NCBI RefSeq assembly: GCF_035594765.1
Contig: NW_026943820.1
Span: forward strand, 30,078,647-30,142,646
DNA length: 64,000 nucleotides
Direction of reading: 5' to 3'
Source: Anolis carolinensis
Lineage: Eukaryota
The translations under genes were made by a program, and so were the position numbers. A model generated the notes under the pieces. It saw nothing but the letters and a program-made list of their open reading frames with translations. It did no database searches and was not told the origin of the DNA. Positions 51,193-64,000 of the stretch are shown here, piece after piece; positions within the stretch are counted from its first letter, which is position 1, and each line of letters begins with the position of its first letter.

Positions 51193-52142
51193 CTAGAAAA
51201 AAAGAAAAATAAGATAATAAAAACAATCACAAATACAGACCAAAAGATTTCGTGTCAGCATCTCCAACTTGGACTCTTAGCTTTTAAGTATCATGTGATG
51301 TAGTGGACAAAGAAGAAGCAAGAAAGTTATGGCCTCTCCTTTTAGAAAGCCTTCAACCGGAGCTTTGATGGCCATCTCTCAAGAGTATTGTAATAGTGTT
51401 TTTTGTTTACAAGATGGACCTTTCGGTCTCTTCCAACCTCAAGATTCTACAATTCTATAAATCATTGCCAACCACTATGACAATTTTTAGATGCACGTGG
51501 CAATGGTAGCAGAGAAAGGTGGGTAATTCAACACATCTGGCTGAGCCATGAATGGAAATCTAGACCACAGAATTTCTCCACATGATGCAAAAAACAGCTG
51601 TGGTGAGAACAGCTGTCTGCAAGACTGAAAATGCAAACAGTGCTCCCAACTTGGCAAGCCAGGCCCCTTCTCCCACATGGCAGAGAGTCCTGAGATCATT
51701 GCCATAATCGACCCTGAACAGCAGGGCTCAAAGACTGAAAACGTTTATGCATCTCACTTATTGGAGAGAATGCTGGGCTGCCTTCCAGCCCAAGGATCCC
51801 AGACATTTCGTTTATTGATTGGGGAGGGAAACTCTTCTATGGTATATGGAGCTTGCAACCATTTAAAACACTTAAATCAAAGGACAGCCAACGAAAGATG
51901 GCAAGGCAATCAATAATACGTAGTGGCTGGTGCGGCATATTAAAACTAAAAGCAAAGAGGTTTGGCAACTAAAAACCTGGCAAGTGAAGGAAGAATGCTT
52001 GGTTAGGGGCTGAAAAATGTGTATGGGGGGGAATGGATCTCCAACGCTAAGCAATTCCACAATCTGAACACAACTAACACTGACGTGCTGTCTTATAATA
52101 TGCACCTCAGTCACTACTATGTATAGAACAGTCTCTGTAAGA

Positions 52143-52277
52143 CAGTGCTTCTCAACCTGGGGTCCCCATATGTGTTTGGCCTACAACTCCCAGAAATCCC
52201 AGCCAGTTTACCAGCTGTTAGGATTTCTGGGAGTTTAAGGCCCAAAACATCTGGGGACCCCAGGTTGAGAACCACTG
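52143..52277. mobile_element. hAT MITE
   Basis: TIRs CAGTGCTTCTCAACCTGGGGTCCCC / GGGGACCCCAGGTTGAGAACCACTG; perfect 8-bp TSD CTGTAAGA. Confidence 0.92.
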
Positions 52278-53551
52278 CTGTAAGAGAAGTTCTTTGAATA
52301 TACTTGGCTGGGCAGAGGGGAACAAAATGAGTCCATTGCTCTTCAAGTAGGAATTCTGCTCTGTCAATTAAATTTAATTGGTGTTTTTAACTACTTAAAG
52401 GTTTTAACCTCTTAAAATAGTCTTATTTAATGCTGTAAATGTTTTCAAATGAAGTAAGGATATACATATATACATCCATCCCAGAAGGTCTTTGTTTTGG
52501 CAGAGCTGCAGAATCATTTGCCTTCAGGCCATGCCCAGAGGCTGGGAGAAGTTCTCCTTCCTTGCCAGGAAAAAGAAAGAGCTGGCACATAGCACAGAAT
52601 GAAGCGAACACCGAAGGAGTTACGAAAGAGAGAGCGTTTTGACAGCAGCAGAGAGCGCGTAGATAATGAGGGCAGGAAGGAAGCTGTCAACACCCTTGCC
52701 GAGATCAAGATACAACAGAAATAATCAAAAGTGGCAATGCAAAACATGGGACGTCATCTGGAAAGGAAACCTTCAGGACTTAGAAAGACAAAACACCCAT
52801 TGTTGCATTCACTTTCACCTCAACGGCAACCACAATGAAAACACCAGGATGATTTATTCAAAGAGAACCAAGGGCTTTCTTAAGCAAAACATTAAAGCCC
52901 ACCAAACTTTCACAATGCTATCATTTACTTTTATATGCTGCCTTTCTCCCAGCAATGAACCCAAGCCATCTTTCAACAGGGATAGAACAAGATAAAAGCA
53001 AGCATCTTATTGTTATTGTTGTGTACGTTCAGTTCATTTCTGACATACGGCAGCTCTAAGGTGAAGGAGTGGTACCCAGAAAATGGATGCAATTCGTCTT
53101 ACTTTGCATAAAACTTTCACAAACTATCAAGCCTCAGACCTTTGGGCACAAATACATAGGTTCCTGTTTTCTCTAGGGAGATGAGAAGAAAAAAAGTGGT
53201 TTTACTTTGGGTTTCTCATATCAGCATTTCCCTAGAAAAAAAGTGTAGAACAGGGCAGTGGGAAGTGTATTGGCAGGTACGGGGAGTTGCTATTTGGCTT
53301 TGACCAAGGGTGTACGACTGATTATGACAACAATCATAAACCATCGTGGTTAAAGAGGTGCATATCAAAAGAGCAGCTATACCAGAACAATCCAAGGGCT
53401 GACACTATCTAGCATCCTGCTTTACACTCTGCCCAAGTGGAGAGCCCACAAGCAGAACAAAAAAGCAATGGTAAGGTACAGTAGCTTGATCTCGATCTTT
53501 AATTCACCAATAGGCTATACATAGATACTCACTAGGTGACCAAGTCACATA

Positions 53552-53700
53552 GGGTCCTTCCACACAGCCATATAACCCAGAATGTCAAGGCAGAAAATCC
53601 ACAATATCTGCTTTGAACTGGGTTATCCGGGTCCACACTGCTCTCTATCCCAGTTCAAAGCAGACAATGTGGGATTTTATACAGCTGTGTGGAAGGAGCC
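53552..53700. mobile_element. PIF/Harbinger-like MITE
   Basis: TIRs GGGTCCTTCCACACAGC / GCTGTGTGGAAGGAGCC; 3-bp ATA on both sides. Confidence 0.7.
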
Positions 53701-54209
53701 ATAATCTCAGCCCCAGAAACCCCGTGATAGGTTTGCCTTAGGGCTGCCATAAGTTGAAATGCCTTGAAGGTGCCCCACAACAATTTCATAAAGATCTGAA
53801 GAGCCACCTGTGGCCCACACACTGCACTTTGACCACCTCCACCTTTAGAGTTCTGGTTGACTGAAACCAACAATAATAATATCCAAAAGTCAATATTGAA
53901 GGAAGGAAGAACAAGAAGAAAGAAATTACTTCCTTTCACTGGTGGTAGAACCTCACAGTGACCGAGCTTAACATAATCGGGCTATGAAATGACAGGACTG
54001 CTTAAGGACTGTTCAAAACCAAGGCAGAAGCTCAGGGAACTACATAGACGTCGATCTTCCCAACAGAACTTGCTGAGATTTCCATTCTTGATACAAAAGC
54101 CATCGGTTTGTATGCCTTGTACATAACTGTGCATGCAAAACACGAACACGACATCAGCTGCGGCCAAGGAAACTCCTTCCCTGCAACATGGCTTTGAGGG
54201 AAGTACTTA

Positions 54210-54557
<348 letters not shown>

Positions 54558-57394
54558 CTAGACAACTTTAAAAGCAATGTCTTTTGGGTACTAAATTGCG
54601 GCCTTCGCATCATGTGAGTTTGTAATAACTGGAACAGACAGGAAATGGCTGGCCTCCTTCCAGACATTATCACTGGAGATAGACATGGGTCATCCAAGAG
54701 AAGGTCTGATAAGAAAGCAGAGAAAATAACTTTAGTTAGATTAAACTGCGATATCATGGCAAGCAGATTTCGTCACAATTAGTCAAAAACAAGCCTAGCA
54801 TACCTTTATGTTTTACGGCAGAGGGGAGGAAGTGGAGCCTCCTCCCCTATCCCTGCAAACTTTGCTGAACTTCAACTCCCACAATTCTTCTGGCTAGATT
54901 AGCTAGGCCAAACCAGCACAGAATATGAATGAAAATACTGTATTTTAAAATATGGTAAGCACATCTACATCTCCTGACATGCTGAATAGTTACCCAACAC
55001 AGCTATCTAGCCACTCAAGAATGAATGACTTTCTAACCGGAAAAAAAGTTCAAATGACCTCATCAGTTTCCATGAACCCTACATCCTGCTGCTTATGGCA
55101 AGTTTTCCACTAGCGGGACTATTGGATCATAAAAGTAGCCTTGAAATGGAAAACCAACCAGGACAAATACAGAAAACCATGCTTCCCTTATACATTCATT
55201 CATTCATTCATTCAAGTCATTGAAAAATTAAGTACGAACTGTTGCTACATTTCTTTTGGTCCCATTGGGTGTCAGATTAAGCACGACGATCACGCATGTG
55301 GATGCATACACAACAACAGATAGGCACTTGATAGTAGAGATACGTGTCCAATTCTGCATCACTAACCTTTCCTTTCCAGCCGCCTTTTACCAAAGGAGCT
55401 TTGTCCATCAAGTATTTGCACCAAAGAGAGAAAAGCAGGAAAGGCTAACATGACTCAGACAGTGAGGAATTTCTCACAGGATGGTGGAACATGCGAACTG
55501 TGCGAGGCAAAACTCTCTCCGATTCGTTCGTCTGACTCAGACCACAAGTCCTGTTGCCACACTTGGCAAAAAATACTTCTTTCAATCGTCACTAGTTATC
55601 ACAGGGACACACACATTGGGAAGTGCTAATGGCGATAAAGCCAACCTTGCGTTGGTTAAACCCCGCTGCTCAAGGAATGAGGAGGACTCCCAATGACAAA
55701 CTGCTCTCAGCTGTTCTCTCTAGACTGCCGCATGTATTTTTAGCAGCACATTTGCCAACTGATTGCATCAGACACACATTTCTTGGAGAAAGAACTCTAT
55801 TTTTGTGGGCTCCAGGCACAACACTAAGGATACACTTCAGGATTTTTGACACCCAACTCTCTCCCCTTTTATTCAGCATAAAAGTACATACAGTACCCAC
55901 TACAACCCAGAGTCATCAACTCTAAAGACAGGAAAATACGGAATTTTTCCCACAGAGGATCCAACTGCTGTCCTTTGAGCGAAGGCTTCACTGAACTACC
56001 AGACGAGAAAAAATTACTGTTGTTCCCTGGGAACTTCCGCTATTTCAGATGCACAGAAGGGGAAAATTGGTAAAATAAACACAGTCACAAGTGTGATTGG
56101 TGACTCCTAGGCAAGCTGTTTATTTCAGGAGATCTGTGAAAGGATTAATTGGAGCACTTCAAAAGACTGTAGGAAATACAGCTACTGTAGTGGATATATT
56201 CAGAATAATGTCTGTTCTGGATCTGAAGAATACAAGACAAAATCCACTGTTGCTAAATAAATTCCATTCACATTTTCTTTACTGAAGACTGGTGTCAATC
56301 GGTTGCCAGTTCCCCTGCTCTTTCTCCTACCCCACTATCCAATTCCAATAGTATTTAAAAGTCAAAAACTCTAATTTCTTCAGCTAAATAGATTTAGAAC
56401 TGTAGTTGAGCATATTATATCTGAAATTGCGCCTCCAAGTATACCATTTAGTCCTAGCTCTTCTTGCAACAGATATAACACATTATTCTAGCTATAGAAT
56501 GGACATTTCCCCTTGTGAACCGATCTGAGCCAATAGGTAAGGGACATACAAAACGGCTGGAGACCATCTTTCTAGAGCATCACAAACACATACTTTTCTA
56601 ATCCTTATAATCCAACAGAAGAGCAGTTTTGAACCTGTCTGGGAACAGTTTCAGCCCAGCTGACTCTGTAATATACAATGAAGGAATCAATGATTCACAG
56701 ACTCAAGTATTTCATTACGCTCAACCATAATCACCTACCCATGGAAAAAAGAAATAATATTTGGCCTGCTCTAATTCTTTGCCAAGAAGCCAACGTCAAA
56801 AGCAAAGGTGATCTGAATCACTGAGCCACTTCTCCTTTCAGTTTTAACTGAACAACATGCCTTAAGCAGAAAACATCCACAACTTTCATGAACCAACTCC
56901 TTGAGGCGATTCCAGAGAAGCCTGCATCACAAACACCAAAACCATTTACACCAGGTTTCTTCCTTAATAATGAAGCCTACGTACCTATCACAGCTAACTC
57001 TCTAAAGGGTTTTTGGTTGATTACTGCTCAGGGTCCCCCCCCCCCCCATTAATTAGAGAATCCATCCGTGCATTTATTTTGGAGAAGAGAAGCTATTTCA
57101 AGTAGTCTATGGTCAACTGGAGCAATTATTATCTAAACATAACCTGGCAGTCCCTTTCATAGCATGGCATTTAGAATTAGCAAAGTCCTGGAAAAAAAAG
57201 GAGGCGGCATAAATGTAATATCCACTTGGACCACAATGAAAATTCCAGCTAGAGCCAATTACCAGGAGAACAATATTACACATGCTGTGTTTTCTAATAT
57301 TTTTTAAATGGAGAAGGAAAATTCCATCTTATTGAAGATGATGAGGAAACCCCCTTGCCCTGCCAATAGGGGAATCCTGCTTTTATCTCAGATT

Positions 57395-57580
57395 CACTAT
57401 GTAACAAACTTTGAAAAAACAAAAAAGGAGATATTCATTGAAAAATTATAGCTAAATGTGATACTAGATGTTTCTCCCGCAAAAACAAAGCGTTTGCAGT
57501 TTAATAAACTTTTCCCATATTTTTATGATAAAACCAATGAGAAAATGACATTTATAACCTAGGAACAAAAATCGGAGATT
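57395..57580. mobile_element. Chapaev3-like DNA transposon remnant
   Basis: Starts CACTATGTAACAAA; inverted homology to 38212-38360; related ends at about 10340, 16710 and 27463. Confidence 0.5.
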
Positions 57581-60414
57581 AAAGTGGAATTTCCCTACTT
57601 TCACTAACATATTCACATGATTATATTGAGACTAAACTGGGCTTCTATCAGGTTACACCCAACAGCGAGTGTAAGTTATGTGTGTTGGAGATGCTCACTC
57701 CCAGGTGAAACATGTGTCATGCACCATGACAACCTCTGGTTATTCAGTCCCCACAGGTGAATGCTTCTACCACAAAAATGATATATGGGTCACTTACTGT
57801 GAAGATCAGTTTTGGGCTGACAGAGAGAAGGAATCCATACAATATGATCCCTGGGGCCTGAAAGACGACTTGCATCACGCCTTTCTACCACAACATACAA
57901 AGAGAGTTTAGCCTTGCCACAATCAGAAAATGCTTGGCAATTTTCTGAACTGTGTCAACTGTTTAAAACACAAACCTTAATGCACAACTGCCTTCAATAA
58001 ATATATTTTTTTCTAAGCAGAGTTTTGCACCTGCCACTTCAAATCTTTTGTTCCATTACACTGAGTTTTCCGGCCCTCCAATTTAGAAAACACAGTGAAC
58101 CCTGAGAACAAAACAAAAGCAATTCACTGGTTTCATGCTCCAGAACACTGCAGCCTGTATCTGGAGTTACCCTCCTTGAGTCTCAATTACCAGAAGGGAG
58201 GAAATTTGAGTGACTAATGTGAGTATATGCAAACAATGCCCCATGTTTTACTAGCTTCATGCTTAGCCACAATTGAAACTAGGATTTGCTAAAAAGGAGG
58301 AAAATGCCTGCAAGCATTAAATGGCAAAAGGTTGGTCCTTTTCACAGCACAGTACACTCTCTACTCTCACTGGGGTTAAACCCTGTGAAAGTGGGTAAAG
58401 CATGAATATGGAAGTTACTTCCCTCTTTACCTGAGAGAACGTCTAACTGTGTGCAGCAGCATGAGTCTATAATCAACTTCCACAGGAAGATGACCACATA
58501 ATTGCCTTAGAGGTCCTAGAGATCCCTACAGAGAACATGTTAATCAAAATTAACAGATAAAGTTAAACCTGTCAATGGGGAGGATTAAGTATACACACTA
58601 CAGTACTATGATTCCATTTTATTTGCCATGGCTACATCCTGTGGAATCCCAGAACTTGTGGATTAATAGGCACTAGAGCAATTTGGCTGAGAAACCTCAA
58701 CACATCTTCCCAAAGTGCAAATCCCAGATTTCCATTGGATGTAGTCATGGCACTTAAAACTGGAACCATATACTTAACAATCATGTGGGAACAGTACTGA
58801 CTGGTGACATTTTGCAGCAGTTGAAGAGACTAAATAACCAGACTCCTCGTGACAGGAAGTCAAAAAACCGTGTCTGCTTGTGCAAAATGAATTCCCATCT
58901 CCTCCAACTCCCCGTAATATAAAAATTTCTGCTTTTCTCTCTGACACATAAATGACACATCAGGAACAAATATTTTGCTAGCCCATTACTCATCTCCCTA
59001 AAAATAAATCCAATTATTGTATACTCAACAGATTGCTTCACCTAATAGGAAAAATATTGAGTCTGTATTAAATTCTTATGGATGATAGAAATATGGCTTG
59101 CATTTGCATGTCACTCTGTCTCTGTATGCCAATTTCTCCAAAGTAGCATTTGCGGGAGAGCATGAGCTCTTGGGTGCTCATGGTATTAAACCAAATAGGA
59201 GTGCGCAAGATATGCCAAAAATGGTGTCAAATACAATGATAGCTAAATTGCAAAGTAACAAGACAATTCAGGTTTTTTGTAATGACCCGACACATAATTC
59301 ATCTGGCCACACTCACCACCCCTGTTCTTAGTTGTGACAATCAAAGGGCAAGAAATGCTGGAAAATAAATGTTGTGCTTCTTATTTGCTACCACACCTGG
59401 AAAAACTGTTACCCAGGAATGCATCAACCAAGGGTGGCAAATCTCTTTCAGCCTAAAGGGATGAATCTAATTCCAGGTAAGTTCTCAGAAAACCCATTCA
59501 GCAGCTGGTGGAGCCAAAGGCAAGAGGGTGGGACCGAAAAACCATACAAAATATTTGCTCTCACTGCTAGAGACTAAGCATTAGTCTTTCAGAATGGAGA
59601 AAACTATCTGGAACAAAGCTGAGAAATCACAAGATGAAGGTGCCATGAGGAAGAGGGTGTGACCATCCAGCAAGCCTTTAAAATTAAGGATCTAGGGCCC
59701 AAGGTCTTCCTTCTTGCCTTAAACCAAAACATGGGAAGTTGACTGCAAAGAAGCAAGGTACCAGCAAAAGAACAAAAACAAAACAAAACTTTTTCAATTG
59801 CTATACTTGTCACTGGATTATGCTATGGAGGTCATATCGTCTCCTATGTTACATCAAGTAATACGAGGTGACAAAACTCTTCAAGCAACATCTGTGCAGA
59901 CTTAGTATTCAGATGAAAGGAAGCTATAAAACCGCCTATATATGAAGAACTTAGAAATAAGGGAAGATAGCCTATATGAAATCAAACTACTGGTCTATTT
60001 AGCTCATTGCTATTAGCACTAACTAACCAGGAAACAAAATCGGAGCAGTGACTCAGGAAGAGGTGCAAAGTCAACCCCCTCAGGGTTGATAATGTGATGT
60101 GACCATGCAATGTAAATACGAAGTAAGAATGAGACAGAACTGCTTGCATCCAGAGGCAGCAAACTAGAAAAAGGCAAAGTAGAACAGTGATTCATACATA
60201 GACACAGCAGGCAGCCTCTGATGCTAGTAAATGATTTGGGCTCTCCAGAACCTTTCTTTAATGAATGTAGAACACATAAGTTGAGCATTACTTCAAAGAA
60301 AGGAGATGAAATCACCTTCACTCTCTCCTAAAAACCGCTTGCCTCTTCCCAAGATCAAACACTAACAGCAATACTGGTTGTCTTCTGTACAAACTACAGA
60401 TGTTCTATACTATG

Positions 60415-60547
60415 CAGGCAAGGGCAAACTTCGGTTCTCCAGTTGTTTTGGACTTCAACTCCCACAATTCCTAACAGCTAGTAGGATGTTAGGAACTATA
60501 GGCGCTGAAGTCCAAAACACCTGGAGGACCGAAGTCTGTCCATGCCT
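60415..60547. mobile_element. hAT-like MITE
   Basis: Imperfect TIRs CAGGCAAGGGCAAACTTCGG / CCGAAGTCTGTCCATGCCT. Confidence 0.65.
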
Positions 60548-61769
60548 CCTGACCTATAGCCTTATCTCGCGAAAGAGATTTCATTCCTCTGGCTTTCTCT
60601 CATCCACCATTCCTCAAGTTGTTTCAGTTTCACCTTTGTTTCTTGGCACCTCTTACTCATCGGAAATACATCTTTCCACCCCCACAGTCTCATCTTAGCA
60701 TTTTTCCTCTCTGGGGACATTTCATCTTCTACATACTTATTCTCAAGATTATGCAGTATAGACAGTCAATACTAGGCCTAGCCATGCCATCAGATGTATT
60801 ATCAAAGAGGTTTAAGGGGACTGTTAAAAGCCAAGTGCTTCCTTCTCCATGCTCACATATACTATAATGTTGCCCGCCAGCAAAAAACAGTAACAGTCCA
60901 AAGAGCAGAATGTGGCCTCATTTGCAGTTCCCTTTAAGGTCACTATCACCAGGATGGAAGAAAAGCAAAAGTGAGTTAAGAATCTAGTTCTAGATGAAAA
61001 GAATTACCTGGGTAGGCCTGAAATTAACAGGAAACATTACTATAATAATCAGGGATTGAAATCTGACAGCATTTGCATGGTCAGGCACACAACCTATGGC
61101 GACTGAAATGCAGGCTAAAACTTACGAAGTAAGGCAATCCTAAATTCTCCAAAAGTGGGATGGCTGAGAGAGTGATACCTTTGCATTCTGATGGCTCCGT
61201 GTACTTCTGTTTTTGCTACTATTATTGCCACCATTATTACTATATTACATTATACTATGTTAAATATCTATATGCTGTATGGTATACTATTCTATTAGGA
61301 TTACTGTTAGTACTCTTTTAAAATATGGCTACTGTATTAGTGCTGTCACTATTACCATCACAACTGTTATGTTACTAGTATTCTTGCTATCATTAGTACT
61401 ATTTTAAAAGATTATTATATTCTTACTATTATTCCTGCCATGTTAGCACTACTGTTCTTTTCAGGATTGTTATTCTTATAATATTATTGGTCAGAGAATT
61501 AATAAATGTATTGTATTGTATTATTACTATTACTATTATTATTATTATTATACTATCCTTACTATTATTCCTGCCACATGATTACTACTATTATTATTAC
61601 TTCTTTTATTGTATTCTTACTATTATTCCTGCCATGTTAGTATCACTGTTATTTGCAGGATCATATATTATTATTATTACTACTACTACTACTATTACTT
61701 TACTATTCTTAATATTATTCCTGCCACATTATTACTATTATTTGCAGAATTATTATTACAGTATAATAT

Positions 61770-62200
61770 GTTGTCGAAGGCTTTCATAGCTGGAATCACT
61801 GGGTTTCTGTGAGTTTTCAAGGCTGTCTGGCCATGTTCCAGAAGCATTCTCTCCTGATGTTTTACCCACATCTACGGCAAGCATCCTCAGAGGTCTGTTG
61901 GAAACTAGGCAAGTGGGGTTTATATATCTGTGGAATAATGTCCACGGTGGGAGAAAGAAAGAACTCTTGTCTGTTGGAAACAAGTGTGGATGTTGCAAAT
62001 GGCCAGCTTGATTAGAATTGAATGGCCTTGCAGCTTCAAAGCCTGGGGGGAATCATTTGTTGGGAGGTGTTAGCTGGCCCTGAATTCCCCTTTTTTCTGA
62101 GTTTTGTTTTTTATTTACAACCTCTGAGGATGCCTGCCATAGATGTGGGTGAAACGCTTCTGGAATATGTCCAGACAGCCCGAAAAAACCCACAGCAACC
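61770..62200. mobile_element. Inverted pair of Penelope-like ends with decayed hammerhead motifs
   Basis: Motif on - at about 61851-61893 (GAAA>AAAA) and on + at 62121-62156 (3' side deleted). Confidence 0.7.
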
Positions 62201-62206
62201 CACCTA

Positions 62207-62238
<32 letters not shown>

Positions 62239-62567
62239 TATTCTGACAATTATTCCTGCCATATTAGTACGGCTGTTATTTGCAAGATCATATCATGATG
62301 ATGATGATACTAATGTTACTATTATTCCTGCCACGCTACTACGACTGTTATTTGCAGGATCCTACTATTATTCTATTCTGAGCACTACTGTTATTTGCTG
62401 ACCCTATACCCCATACCCTTGCACACACACGCGCGCCGCCGCCACCACCTTTGTGCCTGACACTTGACCCGCGGAAGTGAATCTCCCCTCGCGCCCCTTT
62501 CTTTCTTCCCCTCCCCTCCCCTCCCCTCAGAGCCGGGCCCCCTTCCCTCCCTCCGGCCGGGGCTCAC

Positions 62568-62640
62568 CGCTGCCTGGCGAGGCGGGCTCCTCCGCCGCCG
62601 CCTTCCTGGCCCTCAGAGCGCCCTTCGTGCCATCCCCGCG
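62568..62640 (-). other. RSPRY1: RSPRY1 non-coding exon 1 (TSS approximate)
   Basis: Donor GCG|GTGAGC at 62568/62567 inside a CpG island, about 7.9 kb upstream of the first coding exon. Confidence 0.65.
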
Positions 62641-62699
62641 CCTTCTTCCCTTCCCTTCCCTTCCTTCCTTCCCTCAGGAAAGGCGGCGAACTGGGCCCA

Positions 62700-63200
62700 G
62701 CCTCCTCCCCTCAAGGCTCCGCCCGCCGACTAGGCCCCGTCTCCCTGGGCAACCAGCCACGCCCCCTTCCCCGTCTCTCTCGCCCAATCGCCTTCATCCA
62801 TTTCCAACCAATCCTCTCTCGGCTTTAGCGAGCCGCGCCATTCCATTGGGTGAAGCCTATGGAGGGCCTCCTCTCTCGCCCAATCCCCTTCGACTATTTG
62901 CAACCAATCCCCGCTTGGCTTTCCAAACACCGCGCCATCCCATTGAGGAAAGCCCCTTCTGGATTGAGGAAAGCCTCCCTCTCCCCAGAAGAAGCAACCT
63001 GACAGGTTGGCCTCCTCCGTCGCCCCGCCCCGTCCGTCTTTTTCCAACCAATCCCCTCTCCGCTTTAGCGGACTTCGCCATCCCATTGGGTGAAGCCCCG
63101 GAACGTTGGGAATGGAAGGCGAGCCCCCATTGGGCGTGTAGGAAGTCGCCGCTGAAAAAAGGCGTGCCATTGGTGGGAGCCGGGACTGCTACTCCAAACT
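62700..63200. promoter_or_regulatory. Bidirectional CpG-island promoter with nine CCAAT boxes and GC boxes
   Basis: CCAAT at 62784, 62808, 62880, 62904 and 63048; ATTGG at 62845, 63085, 63129 and 63169; CCGCCC at about 62719 and 63025; splice donors face outward on both sides. Confidence 0.8.
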
Positions 63201-63250
63201 AGGCTTCGGACGGAGGAGTAGGCCCCGCTGCGGGTTTCCATGGCGGACAG
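63195..63250 (+). other. Probable first exon of the head-to-head neighbour (PSME3IP1/FAM192A by synteny)
   Basis: YY1-like CCATGGCGG followed by donor CAG|GTAGGT at 63250/63251; gene identity rests on synteny only. Confidence 0.5.
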
Positions 63251-64000
63251 GTAGGTCCGTGGGCCTTTTCTTTCTCTTGAAGGGAAAATGGGATAATTAG
63301 GATAAACACAAGCATAAGTAGCCCTAATTGGTGAAATATTAATTGGTTTTAAGCAAGTAAATATGTCCTTCATGAACTCTGCGGTAATTCGTGATGTTCA
63401 CACAGCATTGATGTCTGTTATCTATATCTTATTATTAATGGCAATGAAATAATTACGATATACATAAATAAATATCCTAATATTGTAGGTATGTAGAATA
63501 TTATTGCACTAAATAATATATTATTGTTATAATATTAAGATATGATACCATATAATTATAATATACTATAATATAATATCGTAAAATGTGATATTTTATG
63601 TTATTGTATTATGCAATTACATCAGATCATATCTTATTATATTATTATATTATATTTTATATCTTATTATTGAATTACATATTTCAGTACATATTTTATT
63701 ATTTTATTATTGTTATGTTATTAAGATATGATACTATATATGTTATGAATATCTTATCATTAAGGACAGTGAAATTATTACTGAGATTAAATGATATAAA
63801 CATCTTAATATTGTAGGTACATAGAATATGATTGCACCAAACAATATCCTATTATATTATATTATTATAATATATTATTATGATACTATTTAATTATAAT
63901 ATACTATAATATGTAATACAATATGATAATATATTATTATATTGTATTATTATATTATCTAATATATTTTATTATATTATATTATTATTATTAAGATATG

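Noticed and set aside
62477-63202. 241-aa proline-rich ORF with internal repeats
   Set aside because: Non-ATG start; it is the translation of the CpG-island promoter, and the peptide repeats reflect the duplicated CCAAT modules.
63420-64000. Extremely AT-rich terminal tract (also 33350-33790)
   Set aside because: Low-complexity intronic or intergenic sequence with no definable structure.

Overview
Vertebrate genomic DNA, almost certainly a squamate and most likely an Anolis lizard, judged from its SINE, Penelope, CR1 and MITE repertoire. It is syntenic with the human 16q13 segment. From left to right: (1) a minus-strand signal-peptide exon that is probably exon 1 of a chemokine (CX3CL1/CCL22/CCL17 cluster); (2) a tRNA-Leu(CAG) gene; (3) PLLP, plasmolipin (+ strand, 4 coding exons, 180 aa); (4) ARL2BP (- strand, 6 coding exons, 162 aa, plus an extra 5' exon); (5) RSPRY1 (- strand, 14 coding exons, 575 aa, plus a non-coding exon 1); (6) a CCAAT-rich bidirectional CpG-island promoter with the probable first exon of PSME3IP1/FAM192A. 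All three complete genes were assembled by hand from GT-AG junctions with consistent phases. Most of the supplied short ORFs are repeat or microsatellite artefacts. The main unexplained structure is Penelope-derived sequence carrying minimal hammerhead-ribozyme motifs. It includes a two-copy family of near-perfect palindromes with a hammerhead core on each strand, whose arms are homogenised within each copy. Other notable features are uORF and alternative-start architectures in RSPRY1 and ARL2BP, microsatellite-targeting R4/Dong-like ends, a triple-nested transposon and a promoter built from repeated CCAAT modules. No database search was run; family names come from recalled sequence hallmarks.
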